61,699 nt of DNA from an uncultured Phaeodactylibacter sp. (GTDB taxonomy: Bacteria > Bacteroidota > Bacteroidia > Chitinophagales > Saprospiraceae), in assembly GCA_964397205.1 (NCBI GenBank), contig CAYNIT010000001.1:1-61699 (forward strand), read 5' to 3'. A program made the position numbers and the translations under genes. The stretch's first letter is position 1. Each line of letters begins with the position of its first letter. Under the pieces are notes generated by a model. The model saw only the letters and a list, made by a program, of their open reading frames with translations. It ran no database searches and had not been told where the DNA came from. Shown here in pieces: positions 1 to 9,967 of this stretch.

Positions 1-1214
1 AAATAGGAATTGAAAATATCCAGCCCCTTCTCCGGATTGCGGAAGGTACCCGGGCCGTCCACGATTTCCCGGAAGACGGTGACAAAGTAAGCGTTGCAGG
101 AATGCTGTATAGCCGACTCTACATTGCGGGAGGTAGGGTGGCTGTGGCAACCGGTTAGCCGCATGCCATTCAAGTAGTAGGCGCCCCGGCAGGTAATGCT
201 GCGATTGGGCTGCAGCTCGCCCGTTTGCAAGCCGATCAGCGCAACGATAGGCTTGAACAAAGACCCCGGCGGATACTGCGCCATAATGGAGCGGTCGAAC
301 AGCGGTTTGGTTTCATCCATAGAGAGCTTGCCGTAGGGGTTGCCCCGCTTGCGGTTGATGGCCAGCAGATTGGGATCGTAAGCAGGGGAGCTGACCATGG
401 CCAGGACTTCGCCGCTGCTGGGCTCGATGGCTACGATGCTGCCCATTTTGTTCTGCATGAGCTGCTCGCCGTACTGCTGTAGCTCCAGATCCAGGGTTGC
501 AATCATGTCTTGTCCGGTAATCGGCAGTTCATCCAGATCGCCACCTTTGTAAGGGCCTACCTCCCGGCCAAGGTTGTCCTTCAGGACTACGCTTGTGCCT
601 TTCTTACCGCGCAGCATATCTTCATAAGCCAGTTCTAGTCCGCTTTTACCGATGTAATCTCTGGGGGCATAGGTGCCATCGCCCCGCGCTATATCCCGCT
701 TGTCAACTTCCCGTATGTAGCCCAGGGCGTGGGGAGCGTTGGAGTGGGGGTAACCGCGAGCGTGGCGCAACCGTTTAGAAAAACCGGAAAATTCGTAGAG
801 CCGCTCCTCCAGCGCTGCGAAATCTTTAGCAGAAATATTGGTCATGAAAGGGAATGGGACGGAAGTAGAGTAGCGCGGGTCCGACCAGTCTTTGTCCATA
901 GCTTCTTCAAAGTAGTCCCGGTCGATACCCAGCAGTTCGCAGAAAGCGGCGGTGTCCATGTCTTCCGACACCTGATTCGCTGTAACCATGAGGTCGTACA
1001 TTGGCACGTTGTACACCAGCAGGCTGTCATTTCGGTCGTAGATCGTGCCCCGGGCAGGATAGATGGTGTACTCATCCATCGCTGTAGCATTGGCTTTTCG
1101 GCTGTATTCCGGGTCGATAACCTGCAGGTAAAAAGCCTTGCCGGCCAAAACAACCGCTGCAATCACCATGATGATGCGGATGGTATACTGCCGTTTGCTG
1201 AAGGAATCCGTCAC
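1..1214 (-). CDS. mrdA: Penicillin-binding protein 2 (transpeptidase), 3' end runs off the window
   Basis: Not in the ORF track because there is no stop in the window. Hand translation from GTG at 1214 gives MTDSFSKRQYTIRIIMVIAAVVLAGKAFYLQV...IYPARGTIYDRN, with an SxxK motif (QYPPGSLFKP) near 250-280. Lies directly after mreD. Confidence 0.93.
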   Translation of the reverse strand, partial: MTDSFSKRQYTIRIIMVIAAVVLAGKAFYLQVIDPEYSRKANATAMDEYTIYPARGTIYDRNDSLLVYNVPMYDLMVTANQVSEDMDTAAFCELLGIDRDYFEEAMDKDWSDPRYSTSVPFPFMTNISAKDFAALEERLYEFSGFSKRLRHARGYPHSNAPHALGYIREVDKRDIARGDGTYAPRDYIGKSGLELAYEDMLRGKKGTSVVLKDNLGREVGPYKGGDLDELPITGQDMIATLDLELQQYGEQLMQNKMGSIVAIEPSSGEVLAMVSSPAYDPNLLAINRKRGNPYGKLSMDETKPLFDRSIMAQYPPGSLFKPIVALIGLQTGELQPNRSITCRGAYYLNGMRLTGCHSHPTSRNVESAIQHSCNAYFVTVFREIVDGPGTFRNPEKGLDIFNSY

Positions 1215-1261
1215 GGGCTTTGAATATTAGAATGGAACAATCAAATGATACAACACCGCTA

Positions 1262-1783
1262 TCAGTCGGTCGGATTAAACAAGAACATAATGATGATAAC
1301 AAAAATCATAGAAAAGAGGAAACTATACAGCGTTTTTACTAGTATCGACCCAATGAAAACCGGTGAAAAGGCATCAATGCTAAAGTAAGCAAACAAGTGA
1401 ACACCCATCATAATACTGGCGTACCGCAGGAACCACTGCAACCCAAACCGCTCTTTAGTCGGGCTGTAGTTGACGTTGTAACCATCCCGTGGCTCAATGC
1501 GGTTGAGTACAAAAGAGCGGGTGTAGCCTGTGATAACGCTAGCGGCCGTGTGCAGCCCGATGGTGCCGTAAAATAAGTCTACGCCCAGTCCCAGGGCAAA
1601 AGCAGACAGCAGGACCAGGCTGCGGGGCGTTCGCAGGGGAAGCAGCAGGATAAACAACGGATACAAAAGAATATTGACATAAATGTAGCCCACCCATCCC
1701 TCGGAGATGCGCTTCAGCAGCAAACCCTGCAGCAGCAGGAGCAAAAAGAACCGAAGAATGTTGGTAAGGGTGGCGTTACTCAT
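1262..1783 (-). CDS. mreD: Rod shape-determining protein MreD
   Basis: Hydrophobic 173-aa protein with AFALGLGVDLF..TIGLH motif, between mreC and mrdA. Confidence 0.9.
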   Translation of the reverse strand: MSNATLTNILRFFLLLLLQGLLLKRISEGWVGYIYVNILLYPLFILLLPLRTPRSLVLLSAFALGLGVDLFYGTIGLHTAASVITGYTRSFVLNRIEPRDGYNVNYSPTKERFGLQWFLRYASIMMGVHLFAYFSIDAFSPVFIGSILVKTLYSFLFSMIFVIIIMFLFNPTD

Positions 1784-2603
1784 TCGTTTGCTCGTCTAGT
1801 TTTTCGTGTTCCTCCTTCATTCGGTTATTGATGACGTAAACGTAGCGCAGCTTGCTGAGGTCATTGTTCAGCTTGACGTCAATGGTATAGAAATTGGTGC
1901 CGGGGGTAATAGTGACTTCTTCAGCAACTCCAATGATGATACCGGGAGGAAACAACTGAGAGTAGCCACTGGTGTACACGGTGTCTCCCGCCTCGACCTT
2001 TGCGTGCTTGGGCACAGCGCCCAGCTGCATGTACTGTGGCCGGCTGCCTCCCCAGGTCAAGGTGCCAAAATACCCCTGATTGCCAATCGAAGCTTTAATC
2101 CGGGTCTCCCGGTGCAGCAGGGACATTACGCTGCTGTAATGTTCGGAAACAGCCCGTACCACGCCCACGATACCGTCCTCGCTGATGACGCCCATCGGAG
2201 GGGCTACGCTGTGCCTGCGCCCCCGGTTCAGGCGCAGGTAGTTAGAGTTGTTGGTCACCGAATTGCTGACCACATTGGCTGGGATGTAGGTATAGAGCGG
2301 CTCCATGTCCTTGTTGCGGGCGGTATCCTGATTGATGGCATTGGAGAACTGGGCGCTTTCCAGTTGTTGTTTCAGCCGCTGATTTTCGCCCTGCAGCTTG
2401 AAGACTTCTTCCCGCAGCCCTATGTAGTCGCCTATCCGGTCTATGCGGTGCTCTACCGCTGCGGTAGCCAGTATCCAGGAATGATTCAATATTTCGTGCT
2501 GACGGTGGTTGAATTGCACGACCAACAGCAGGGCTAGCCCTTCCAGCAGCAGGAACAGGATAAAATTGCCGTAAGCTGCAAATAATTGAATCAGGCCCCT
2601 CAT
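1776..2603 (-). CDS. mreC: Rod shape-determining protein MreC
   Basis: N-terminal TM, coiled coil, LNRG...MGVI..GIVG and GDTVYTSGYS.LFPPG motifs; ATG at 2603 preferred. Confidence 0.95.
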   Translation of the reverse strand: MRGLIQLFAAYGNFILFLLLEGLALLLVVQFNHRQHEILNHSWILATAAVEHRIDRIGDYIGLREEVFKLQGENQRLKQQLESAQFSNAINQDTARNKDMEPLYTYIPANVVSNSVTNNSNYLRLNRGRRHSVAPPMGVISEDGIVGVVRAVSEHYSSVMSLLHRETRIKASIGNQGYFGTLTWGGSRPQYMQLGAVPKHAKVEAGDTVYTSGYSQLFPPGIIIGVAEEVTITPGTNFYTIDVKLNNDLSKLRYVYVINNRMKEEHEKLDEQTNE

Positions 2604-2642
2604 GGCCAAAGTGGTTTAAATCCTTATGTAGGACAGTGTTTT

Positions 2643-3674
2643 TTAAACGCTCTTCCGGTCGATCAGGAAAGAAAAGCGATCTGTGTTTTTCAGTGCGATG
2701 CCGGTCCCGCGCACTACCGCCCGCAGCGGGTCCTCTGCGATATGCACTTTGAGTTTGGTCCGTTGGGCGATGCGCCTGTCCAAGCCGCGCAACAGGGCGC
2801 CTCCCCCCGTCAGGTAAATGCCGGTGCGGTAGATGTCGGAGGCCAGCTCCGGGGGAGTGGTTTCCAGGGCTTTAAGGATGGCATCCTCTACTTTGGATAT
2901 GGATTTGTCCAGGGAGTGAGCAATCTCGCTGTAGGAAATTTTAATCTGCTTAGGGATGCCCGTCATCAGGTCCCGGCCGTTGACGGCGTAGTCCTCCGGC
3001 GGGTTTTCCAGTTCACTCAAGGCAGAGCCGACGTGTATTTTTATCTGCTCAGCGGTGCGTTCTCCGATCAGGATATTGTGCTGCCGCTTCATGTAGCTGA
3101 TGATATCGCTCGTGAATTCATCCCCGGCGGTGCGGATGGACTGGTTACAGACGATGCCCGACAGCGCGATGACGGCGATTTCGGTAGTGCCGCCCCCGAT
3201 ATCGATGATCATATTGCCCACCGGTTCTTCTACATCCAGGCCGATGCCTAAAGCAGCAGCCATCGGCTCGTGGATGAGGTAGGTCTCTTTGGAGTCGACA
3301 TGGTCGGCGGAATCAAAAACCGCCCGCTTTTCTACCTCCGTAATACCGGAAGGAATGCAGATGACCATTTTCATATGCGAAAAGAACCGCCGTTTACGGC
3401 CGATGATGTTAATCATGCCCTCGATCATGCTCTCAGCGGCCTGAAAGTCGGCAATCACGCCATCTTTAAGCGGGCGAACCGTTTTGATGTCTTCGTGGGT
3501 CTTCTCGTGCATCTGCATGGCCTTGTTGCCTACAGCTATGGTCTCTCCAGTGCGGCGGCTTACAGCGACGATAGAAGGCTCGTCCACTACAATTTGGCCG
3601 TCCTGAATGATAAGCGTATTAGCAGTGCCAAGATCAATGGCGAGTTCTTGGGTAAAAAAGCTGAACAGTTTCAT
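2643..3674 (-). CDS. mreB: Actin-like rod shape protein MreB
   Basis: IDLGTANT, DIGGGTTE and LTGGGALL motifs. Confidence 0.98.
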   Translation of the reverse strand: MKLFSFFTQELAIDLGTANTLIIQDGQIVVDEPSIVAVSRRTGETIAVGNKAMQMHEKTHEDIKTVRPLKDGVIADFQAAESMIEGMINIIGRKRRFFSHMKMVICIPSGITEVEKRAVFDSADHVDSKETYLIHEPMAAALGIGLDVEEPVGNMIIDIGGGTTEIAVIALSGIVCNQSIRTAGDEFTSDIISYMKRQHNILIGERTAEQIKIHVGSALSELENPPEDYAVNGRDLMTGIPKQIKISYSEIAHSLDKSISKVEDAILKALETTPPELASDIYRTGIYLTGGGALLRGLDRRIAQRTKLKVHIAEDPLRAVVRGTGIALKNTDRFSFLIDRKSV

Positions 3675-3937
3675 TAAATCTTTTATCCGATTTAAATAGG
3701 TATCGCAAGACTACTTTAAGGCGCCGGGGGTAAGCAGCGCTTTGAGCAGGGCGTTTGAATGTGTTTGAGGCAGCGGCATGCTCTTATGAACCCAAAGCGG
3801 GCAAAAATCTTGTTCCGCAGCATTATTTTAAAACGCAAAACAACGCATTTTTTACGGGAATAGGAAGCATTTGCACCAAATAGTACGGGGCAGGTTTTTT
3901 GAATGCGCTCCCTTCTTCAAGCCTTGCAGGGCGGGGC

Positions 3938-5209
3938 TCAGGGGCCCACTACTACTTCCCACATTTTTTCCCGCTTCAGGTACTGCTGCGCTAGGCTGCG
4001 GATTTCTTCCGCCGAAATGTGCCGCACGCTCTCCGCGAGCTGCTCCAGATAGTCCATAGGTAGCCCCTCTAGGACCTGTGTGCGCACCACTTCCGAGATG
4101 TTGAAAGGGCCGTCCAGCATCGTTAAAAAGCTACCCAGTAGATAGTTGCGCACCATGCTGAGCTCTTCTTCGCCCACCAGCTCTTCCTGAAGCCGCTCCA
4201 TTTCTGCGTAGATTTGGCGCAGGCTGTCCGCTACGAATTCTTTACTGACCTCAGTGCCGAGCAGGAAGCTGCCGCCGTGCAGCATGGCATCCACCGAGCT
4301 GTAAATGTTGTAAGTGTAGCCTTTGTCCTCTCGCACGTTGGCCATGAGACGGGAGCCGAAATAGCCCCCGAGAATAGTGTTGAGCACGTACATCCCCATG
4401 TAGTCGGGGTGGTGCCGGTTGAACAGCGAGCAGCCAATGCGGATGGCAGATTGCACAGTATCGGGCCGGTGGAAAAACAACGATTGCGGGGGCTGCTGCT
4501 CAAACGGGCAATCCGCCTGCGCTGCTTCCCCCTCGGGCATCGCCTCTGAAAAAGCTTCGTTGACTTGATCCAGCAGCTCCTGACTGATGCGCCCGCTCAG
4601 GAAGATGGCGCAGTTCTGGCTGTTGTACAACCGCCGGTGGTGATCCTGCAAGTCCCCGCGTTTCAGCGCAGCGTAGGTGGCAGGCTCGCTGTTGTAGCCG
4701 TAGGGGTGGCTTTCGCCAAACAGGCGGGCGGTAAGCTCCCGGTAGGCCAGCACGTCATTTTTAGTCAAGTCTACCGACAGCCGCCTCTGATTGCGTTTGA
4801 TGAAAGCCTGAAGCTCCGACTCAGGGAAGGCAGGTGCCTGAAGCAGGCTCTTCAGCAGAGGGAGCGCCTCGCGGAAGTGTTTGTTCATGCTGTACAGGAT
4901 GAAGTGGGAGGTGTCGAGCTGGAATGGGATGCTCAGGCTGCAGCCGTAGAAATCCAAGGCCTCTGCTACTTCGGAAGCGCTGTACCGGTCGCTGCCCTCT
5001 CGGATTTGCCGAGCAGTAGCCCGGGCAGCCAGGCGCTTGCGCTCGTAGGGGCGGCCCGCAAAGAATGCCACTTCCAGCTTTACCACTTCCTGCGTGCCCA
5101 AGTCCAGCGCATAGACCGGCAAACCGTTGTCCAGCTGGTAGTGCACTACTTCCGGCAGTTGAAAAGATTGTATATCTTGAATTATCGGCGGCTTTGTTCG
5201 GTCTGGCAT
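3938..5209 (-). CDS. M16B (pitrilysin-family) peptidase, probably the non-catalytic subunit
   Basis: LDNGL start and ILGGYFGSRLMANVREDKGYTY motif; no HxxEH zinc motif. Confidence 0.85.
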   Translation of the reverse strand: MPDRTKPPIIQDIQSFQLPEVVHYQLDNGLPVYALDLGTQEVVKLEVAFFAGRPYERKRLAARATARQIREGSDRYSASEVAEALDFYGCSLSIPFQLDTSHFILYSMNKHFREALPLLKSLLQAPAFPESELQAFIKRNQRRLSVDLTKNDVLAYRELTARLFGESHPYGYNSEPATYAALKRGDLQDHHRRLYNSQNCAIFLSGRISQELLDQVNEAFSEAMPEGEAAQADCPFEQQPPQSLFFHRPDTVQSAIRIGCSLFNRHHPDYMGMYVLNTILGGYFGSRLMANVREDKGYTYNIYSSVDAMLHGGSFLLGTEVSKEFVADSLRQIYAEMERLQEELVGEEELSMVRNYLLGSFLTMLDGPFNISEVVRTQVLEGLPMDYLEQLAESVRHISAEEIRSLAQQYLKREKMWEVVVGP

Positions 5210-5292
5210 GGAGGTTTTCTTACTTTTGACGGGCAAACAGATTTATCAACAGCCTGTTGAATACTATTGCTGCGAAAATGGGCAAAATAATC

Positions 5293-5300
5293 TATTTTTG
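5293..5300 (+). promoter_or_regulatory. Bacteroidota sigmaA -7 element for dnaN
   Basis: TATTTTTG matches TAnnTTTG, 38 nt before the dnaN ATG. Confidence 0.6.
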
Positions 5301-5338
5301 CGCAATTACACTAACTGATAAACCCTTCCGGACCAACT

Positions 5339-6454
5339 ATGAAGTTTAGCGTTTCTTCCTCAGAGCTGCTCAAGCGCCTGCAAATGGCAGGGGGGGCCAT
5401 CGGCTCCAACCCGGTGCTGCCCATTCTCGAAGATTTCCTGTTCACCCTCTCCAACAACCGGCTGCGCATCGCTGCTACTGACCTGGAAACGTCCATTTCT
5501 ACCGAAATAGAAGTGATGGCGGATGCCGACGGCACCGTTGCCGTGCCAGCCAAAATTCTGCTAGATACCCTCAAGGCACTGCCGCAGCAGCCCATCACCT
5601 TCGACATCAACGAGGAGAATTTCGGCATCGAAATTACCTCCGCTTATGGAAAGTATAAACTGGCCGGCGAGGATGGCCAGGATTTTCCCAACCTGCCGGA
5701 GCCAGAATCGGTGGATACCCTGAAAATTCCGGGAGCTTCCCTGGGCCACGGCATCAGCAAGACCATCTTTGCGGCCAGCAATGATGAGCTGCGGCCAGCT
5801 ATGACCGGGGTATACTTCCAGGTGGATTTCAACAAGCTCATCCTCGTGGCTACGGATGCGCACAAATTGGTCAAATACACCTTCAATGAGGTGGGCAGCG
5901 AGGTCTCTACCTCCTTCATCGTGCCCAAAAAAGCCCTGAACTTGCTCAAAGGCGCGTTGCCAGAGAACGAGGACGTGACGCTTTCCTTCAACAGCGCCAA
6001 CGCTTTTTTCTCCTTCGGCGATACAGAACTCGTCTGCCGCCTAATCGATGCCCGCTACCCGGACTACAACGCCGTGATTCCGGTGGACAACCCCAACACC
6101 CTTTCTCTCAATCGGGAAGATTTTCAGAACTCCCTCAAGCGGATTGCCATCTACGCCAATAAAACAACCAACCAGGTTATCCTGAACATCACAGAAGATA
6201 GCCTCACCGTTTCCGCTCAAGACCTCGACTTCTCCAATGAGGCCACTGAGCAATTGGCTTGTACCTACGAGGGCGATGACTTGACCATTGGGTTTAACGC
6301 CAAGTTTTTAGTAGAAATGCTGGGCGTACTCGAAGCTGATGAGGTCAAAATGGAATTGTCGACCCCTACCCGGGCTGGCATCCTTCTGCCCTCTGAGCCT
6401 ATGGAAGGGGAAGAAATCCTTATGCTGGTCATGCCCGTCATGCTCAGCAGCTAA
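5339..6454 (+). CDS. dnaN: DNA polymerase III beta clamp
   Basis: ATDLE, RPAMTGV, VATDAHKL, YPDYNAVIP, IGFNAKFL and LVMPV motifs. Confidence 0.98.
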   Translation: MKFSVSSSELLKRLQMAGGAIGSNPVLPILEDFLFTLSNNRLRIAATDLETSISTEIEVMADADGTVAVPAKILLDTLKALPQQPITFDINEENFGIEITSAYGKYKLAGEDGQDFPNLPEPESVDTLKIPGASLGHGISKTIFAASNDELRPAMTGVYFQVDFNKLILVATDAHKLVKYTFNEVGSEVSTSFIVPKKALNLLKGALPENEDVTLSFNSANAFFSFGDTELVCRLIDARYPDYNAVIPVDNPNTLSLNREDFQNSLKRIAIYANKTTNQVILNITEDSLTVSAQDLDFSNEATEQLACTYEGDDLTIGFNAKFLVEMLGVLEADEVKMELSTPTRAGILLPSEPMEGEEILMLVMPVMLSS

Positions 6455-6463
6455 TTGTTTCCT

Positions 6464-6925
6464 ATGAAATACCGTATCGCAACCGCTGTCCTGATCATCT
6501 CGCTGCTCAGCTGCCAGAGCGAGGGCGGAAAAACGCCCCGCAAAGGGCCCGAGGAAGTGCTGCGGGAGTATCAGGGCCTGGTGGATAAAAATAAGCTGCA
6601 AAAGGCCAAAGCCCTGAGCACAGAAGCTGGAAAAGCTTGGCTGGACGAGCTGGCAGAAATCATCGCGAGCGAGCAGCCGGACAGCACCTTGTTCCAAACC
6701 GAATTTTTGTCAATGGATTGCCGGGGCGAGGGCGATACGCTGATCTGCCACTGCCTGCTGGAGGATCAGTACGAGCGCTACTCTTCCGACTACATTCTGG
6801 TAAAAAAGGAAGGGCAATGGCTGGTGGATGCTCCGAAGGACGAAGTTCAAATCGATGACGATGTGCTGGAGGATGTGCCCGACAGCCTAATCGAGGAAAT
6901 GCTGGAAGAAGAACTGATACAGTAA
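6464..6925 (+). CDS. Lipoprotein of unknown function (DUF4878/NTF2-like), acidic tail
   Basis: Lipobox LLSC after MKYR; PEEV..Y and LVKKEGQWLV pattern. Confidence 0.65.
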   Translation: MKYRIATAVLIISLLSCQSEGGKTPRKGPEEVLREYQGLVDKNKLQKAKALSTEAGKAWLDELAEIIASEQPDSTLFQTEFLSMDCRGEGDTLICHCLLEDQYERYSSDYILVKKEGQWLVDAPKDEVQIDDDVLEDVPDSLIEEMLEEELIQ

Positions 6926-6927
6926 AC

Positions 6928-7533
6928 ATGAGCAAGTCAGCGGAGGGGGCCAATTCGGATGCAAAGGTCGGCTTGTTCTTTGGCTCTTTCAATCCCGTAC
7001 ACGTCGGCCACATGATCATCGCCAATTTTATGGCTACCCAAAGCGAACTGCGGGAAGTCTGGCTTGTCGTTTCCCCTCAAAATCCCCTCAAGCCTAAGAA
7101 AACGCTGGCCCGCGACTACGACCGCCTGCATCTCGTTCAGCTGGCTATTGGAGACAACCCCCGCCTGCGGGCATCCGATGTCGAGTTTGGCCTTCCCCAA
7201 CCTTCCTACACCATCGATACGCTCTCCTACTTGAAAGAAAAATATCCGGCAAAGCAATTTTGCCTCATCATGGGGGGCGACAACCTCGCCACGCTGCCCA
7301 AATGGAAAAACTACGAGCTGCTCCTGCGGGATCACCCCATTTACGTGTATCAGCGCCCCCGCTACGACCTCGGGGAGCTGCAGCGCCATCCCAATGTGGC
7401 CATATTGGATGCCCCGCTGCTGCAGATTTCTGCCAGCTACATCCGCAACTGCCTGAAACAGGGGCAATCGGTGCAGTACCTGGTGCCCGATGCCGTTTTC
7501 AACTATTTAGAACAGACCCCCCTGTACCGATGA
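6928..7533 (+). CDS. nadD: Nicotinate-nucleotide adenylyltransferase
   Basis: FGSFNPVHVGH, SYTIDTL, IMGGDN and ISASYIR motifs. Confidence 0.97.
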   Translation: MSKSAEGANSDAKVGLFFGSFNPVHVGHMIIANFMATQSELREVWLVVSPQNPLKPKKTLARDYDRLHLVQLAIGDNPRLRASDVEFGLPQPSYTIDTLSYLKEKYPAKQFCLIMGGDNLATLPKWKNYELLLRDHPIYVYQRPRYDLGELQRHPNVAILDAPLLQISASYIRNCLKQGQSVQYLVPDAVFNYLEQTPLYR

Positions 7534-7536
7534 GGG

Positions 7537-8862
7537 TTAGTCATTCGACAACATCCATTTGCCCAGCTCTTTCAGAGTGATCTTCTTACCGTAGAGGAGG
7601 ATGCCTACCCGGTAAATACGCCCCGACAGCCAGACGAAGAAAATAGAAGTCGCTCCAACTAAAACCACCGATAGGACTACCTCCCATACCGGGGGCGAAA
7701 ACGCCAGACGAGCCGGCATGACAATGGGCGCGAAGAGCGGAAATATGGAGGACCAGACCGCCAGGCTGGAGTTCGGCGCTTCGATGGCTACGATCATGAT
7801 GTAAAAGGCGATGATCACCGGAATGGTGATGGGAATGGTCAAGGATTGGCCCTCGCCGAGATCGTCCCCCATTGCAGAACCTACAGCAGCGAACAAGGAA
7901 GAGTACAGGAAATACCCGCCCAAGAAGTAAAATACAAAGAGCGGCAGGATCAGCCACCAGTTCTGGTTTTTGAACTCTTCCAGCGCCATGGCGACCATGG
8001 CTTGGGTGTCTTCAGGATTCATGTTATTGGCAGTCTGCTGCTGCTGCGCCATTTCCATCTGCGTGTTGGAGTCAATGCCGAAGACCAGCGTAGACGCGAG
8101 CACGATGATGGGGATGAGAATAGCCCAGATGGCGACCTGTGTAAGGCCCACCGCTCCTACTCCCACGATCTTGCCCAGCATGAGCTGGAAAGGCCGAACG
8201 GAGGAAATCATGACTTCCACGATCCGGTTGGTCTTCTCCTCCATCACCGAGCGCATGACCATCATGCCGTAAATGAAGACGACGATATACATGATGATGC
8301 CCATAATACCGCCAATACCGGCAGCTATGGCACCGGTGAGCTTGGTGGCATCTTCGCTCTGATCGTCTATTGGCTCCGGTTCCACGTCTACCTGGGTATC
8401 TAGGGCCTGTAGTTGCTGAGGGTCCAGTTTGAGCTCTTCAATTTTATAATTCCGCAGCCGCTCGCTGATGCGGGAGCGGATGAGCGACTCGATGTCCAGC
8501 GTCGGTTGTTTTTCGGAATAGTAGAATACAGTATGCTCCTGGGAAAGGATATCCTCCACAGCGGGTATCAAGAGGATGCCGTCGTATTCCGTCTCGTCAA
8601 AACGCTGGCGCAGGTGATCTAGCTCCGTATCGACGAATTTGAAATACAGGTTGTCTTCATCCTTGATGGTGTTGTTCAGGATGTTGCCCTCATCTATGAT
8701 GGCGATGCGTTTGGAGTCATCGCTTTCGTACTGGAAAATAAGGCCTACGACTACAAAGAACACGGCGAAGCCGAGGGGGGTCAGAAGCGTAGCCAAAATG
8801 AAGGAACGGCGGGTGACCCGGGTGAGGTATTCGCGTTTGATGATGAGCCAAAGTTTATCCAT
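7537..8862 (-). CDS. ABC-2 type transporter permease (NatB/YhaP-like)
   Basis: IIKREY start, VMEEKTNRIVEVMISSV and LGKIVG motifs, several TMs; ATG at 8862 preferred. Confidence 0.9.
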   Translation of the reverse strand: MDKLWLIIKREYLTRVTRRSFILATLLTPLGFAVFFVVVGLIFQYESDDSKRIAIIDEGNILNNTIKDEDNLYFKFVDTELDHLRQRFDETEYDGILLIPAVEDILSQEHTVFYYSEKQPTLDIESLIRSRISERLRNYKIEELKLDPQQLQALDTQVDVEPEPIDDQSEDATKLTGAIAAGIGGIMGIIMYIVVFIYGMMVMRSVMEEKTNRIVEVMISSVRPFQLMLGKIVGVGAVGLTQVAIWAILIPIIVLASTLVFGIDSNTQMEMAQQQQTANNMNPEDTQAMVAMALEEFKNQNWWLILPLFVFYFLGGYFLYSSLFAAVGSAMGDDLGEGQSLTIPITIPVIIAFYIMIVAIEAPNSSLAVWSSIFPLFAPIVMPARLAFSPPVWEVVLSVVLVGATSIFFVWLSGRIYRVGILLYGKKITLKELGKWMLSND

Positions 8863-8920
8863 GATGTGGCTTGGTTTTGCGTTGGACAATGAAAAAGTGT
8901 GCCGGCTGCTGCCTCAGGAT

Positions 8921-9820
8921 TCAATTACTGACCTGCCGGATGAAGATTTCGTTGAGGGTGGGGAGAATTTCCTTGAAGGAAGTAATGTGCATACCCTGGT
9001 CGAGCATAGCCCGCAGGAAATCGTTCGAACGGCTTTCGTCTTCTACTTGAACCGTCACCTCTCCAGGGGTTTGCCTGACGATACTGACTTGTTGCAGCAG
9101 GTCAGCTGGCAGCTCCCCCTGGTACGCAATTCGGAATAGGTTGTCCTTGAACTGGTTCTTGATCCGGTCCACTTCCCCTTCCAGCACATTTTTGCCCTGG
9201 TTGATGAGGACGATGTGTTCGCAGATTTCCTCCACCTGCTCCATGCGGTGGGTGGAGAATATAATACTGATGCCCTTATCCCGCAGCTCGTGGATTTCGG
9301 CTTTGATCAGGTTGGTATTGACCGGGTCTAGGCCGGAGAAGGGCTCATCCAGGATAAGCAGTTTGGGTTCGTGTACTACGGTGGCGATGAACTGGATTTT
9401 CTGCTGCATGCCTTTCGAAAGTTCTTCCACCTTTTTGCCCCACCAATCTTCAATGCTGAATTTCTCAAACCAGTAGCCGATCTTGTCGGATGCCTCGGAG
9501 GCAGTCAGCCCCTTGAGCCGTGCGAGGTAGGTGAGGTGGTCGCCAACTTTCATTTTGCGGTAGAGCCCCCGCTCTTCCGGCATGTAGCCGATTTGTTCGG
9601 GATGGCGGCTGTGGAGTTTTTCTCCGTCCAGGTAGACGGTGCCCTCATCCGCTCTGGTTATCGTAGTGATGATCCGGATCAAGGAGGTCTTGCCAGCGCC
9701 ATTGGGCCCCAGCAGCCCGAATATGCTGCCTCTAGGTACACTGAAGCTTACATCATCTACTGCTACTTGCTTCTCGTAGGCTTTTACGATATTTTGGAGG
9801 TCGAGTATTGGGTTTGACAC
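8921..9820 (-). CDS. ABC transporter ATP-binding protein (NatA/YhaQ-like, DUF4162 C-terminus)
   Basis: GPNGAGKT, LSKGMQQK and ILDEPFSGLD motifs. Confidence 0.93.
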   Translation of the reverse strand: MSNPILDLQNIVKAYEKQVAVDDVSFSVPRGSIFGLLGPNGAGKTSLIRIITTITRADEGTVYLDGEKLHSRHPEQIGYMPEERGLYRKMKVGDHLTYLARLKGLTASEASDKIGYWFEKFSIEDWWGKKVEELSKGMQQKIQFIATVVHEPKLLILDEPFSGLDPVNTNLIKAEIHELRDKGISIIFSTHRMEQVEEICEHIVLINQGKNVLEGEVDRIKNQFKDNLFRIAYQGELPADLLQQVSIVRQTPGEVTVQVEDESRSNDFLRAMLDQGMHITSFKEILPTLNEIFIRQVSN

Positions 9821-9967
9821 GCGTTTCGAGTTAAGTTTTTACTGCGCCTGAAATTAGGGCCTATTCCTCAGATTCTGCAATATTTTCCGAGAAGCCTGCT
9901 GATTCTGTAGACGAATGGCGTGCCTTGGGCAAAATGTTTATCTTGAGCCTATGGAAGCTGCTGCCTT

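Noticed and set aside
225-1302. Several short ORFs listed in the track
   Set aside because: The region is occupied by mrdA on the minus strand, which the track misses because it has no stop in the window
9871-9915. Possible LytTR-type direct repeats upstream of the ABC pair
   Set aside because: Matches are too short and degenerate to support by eye
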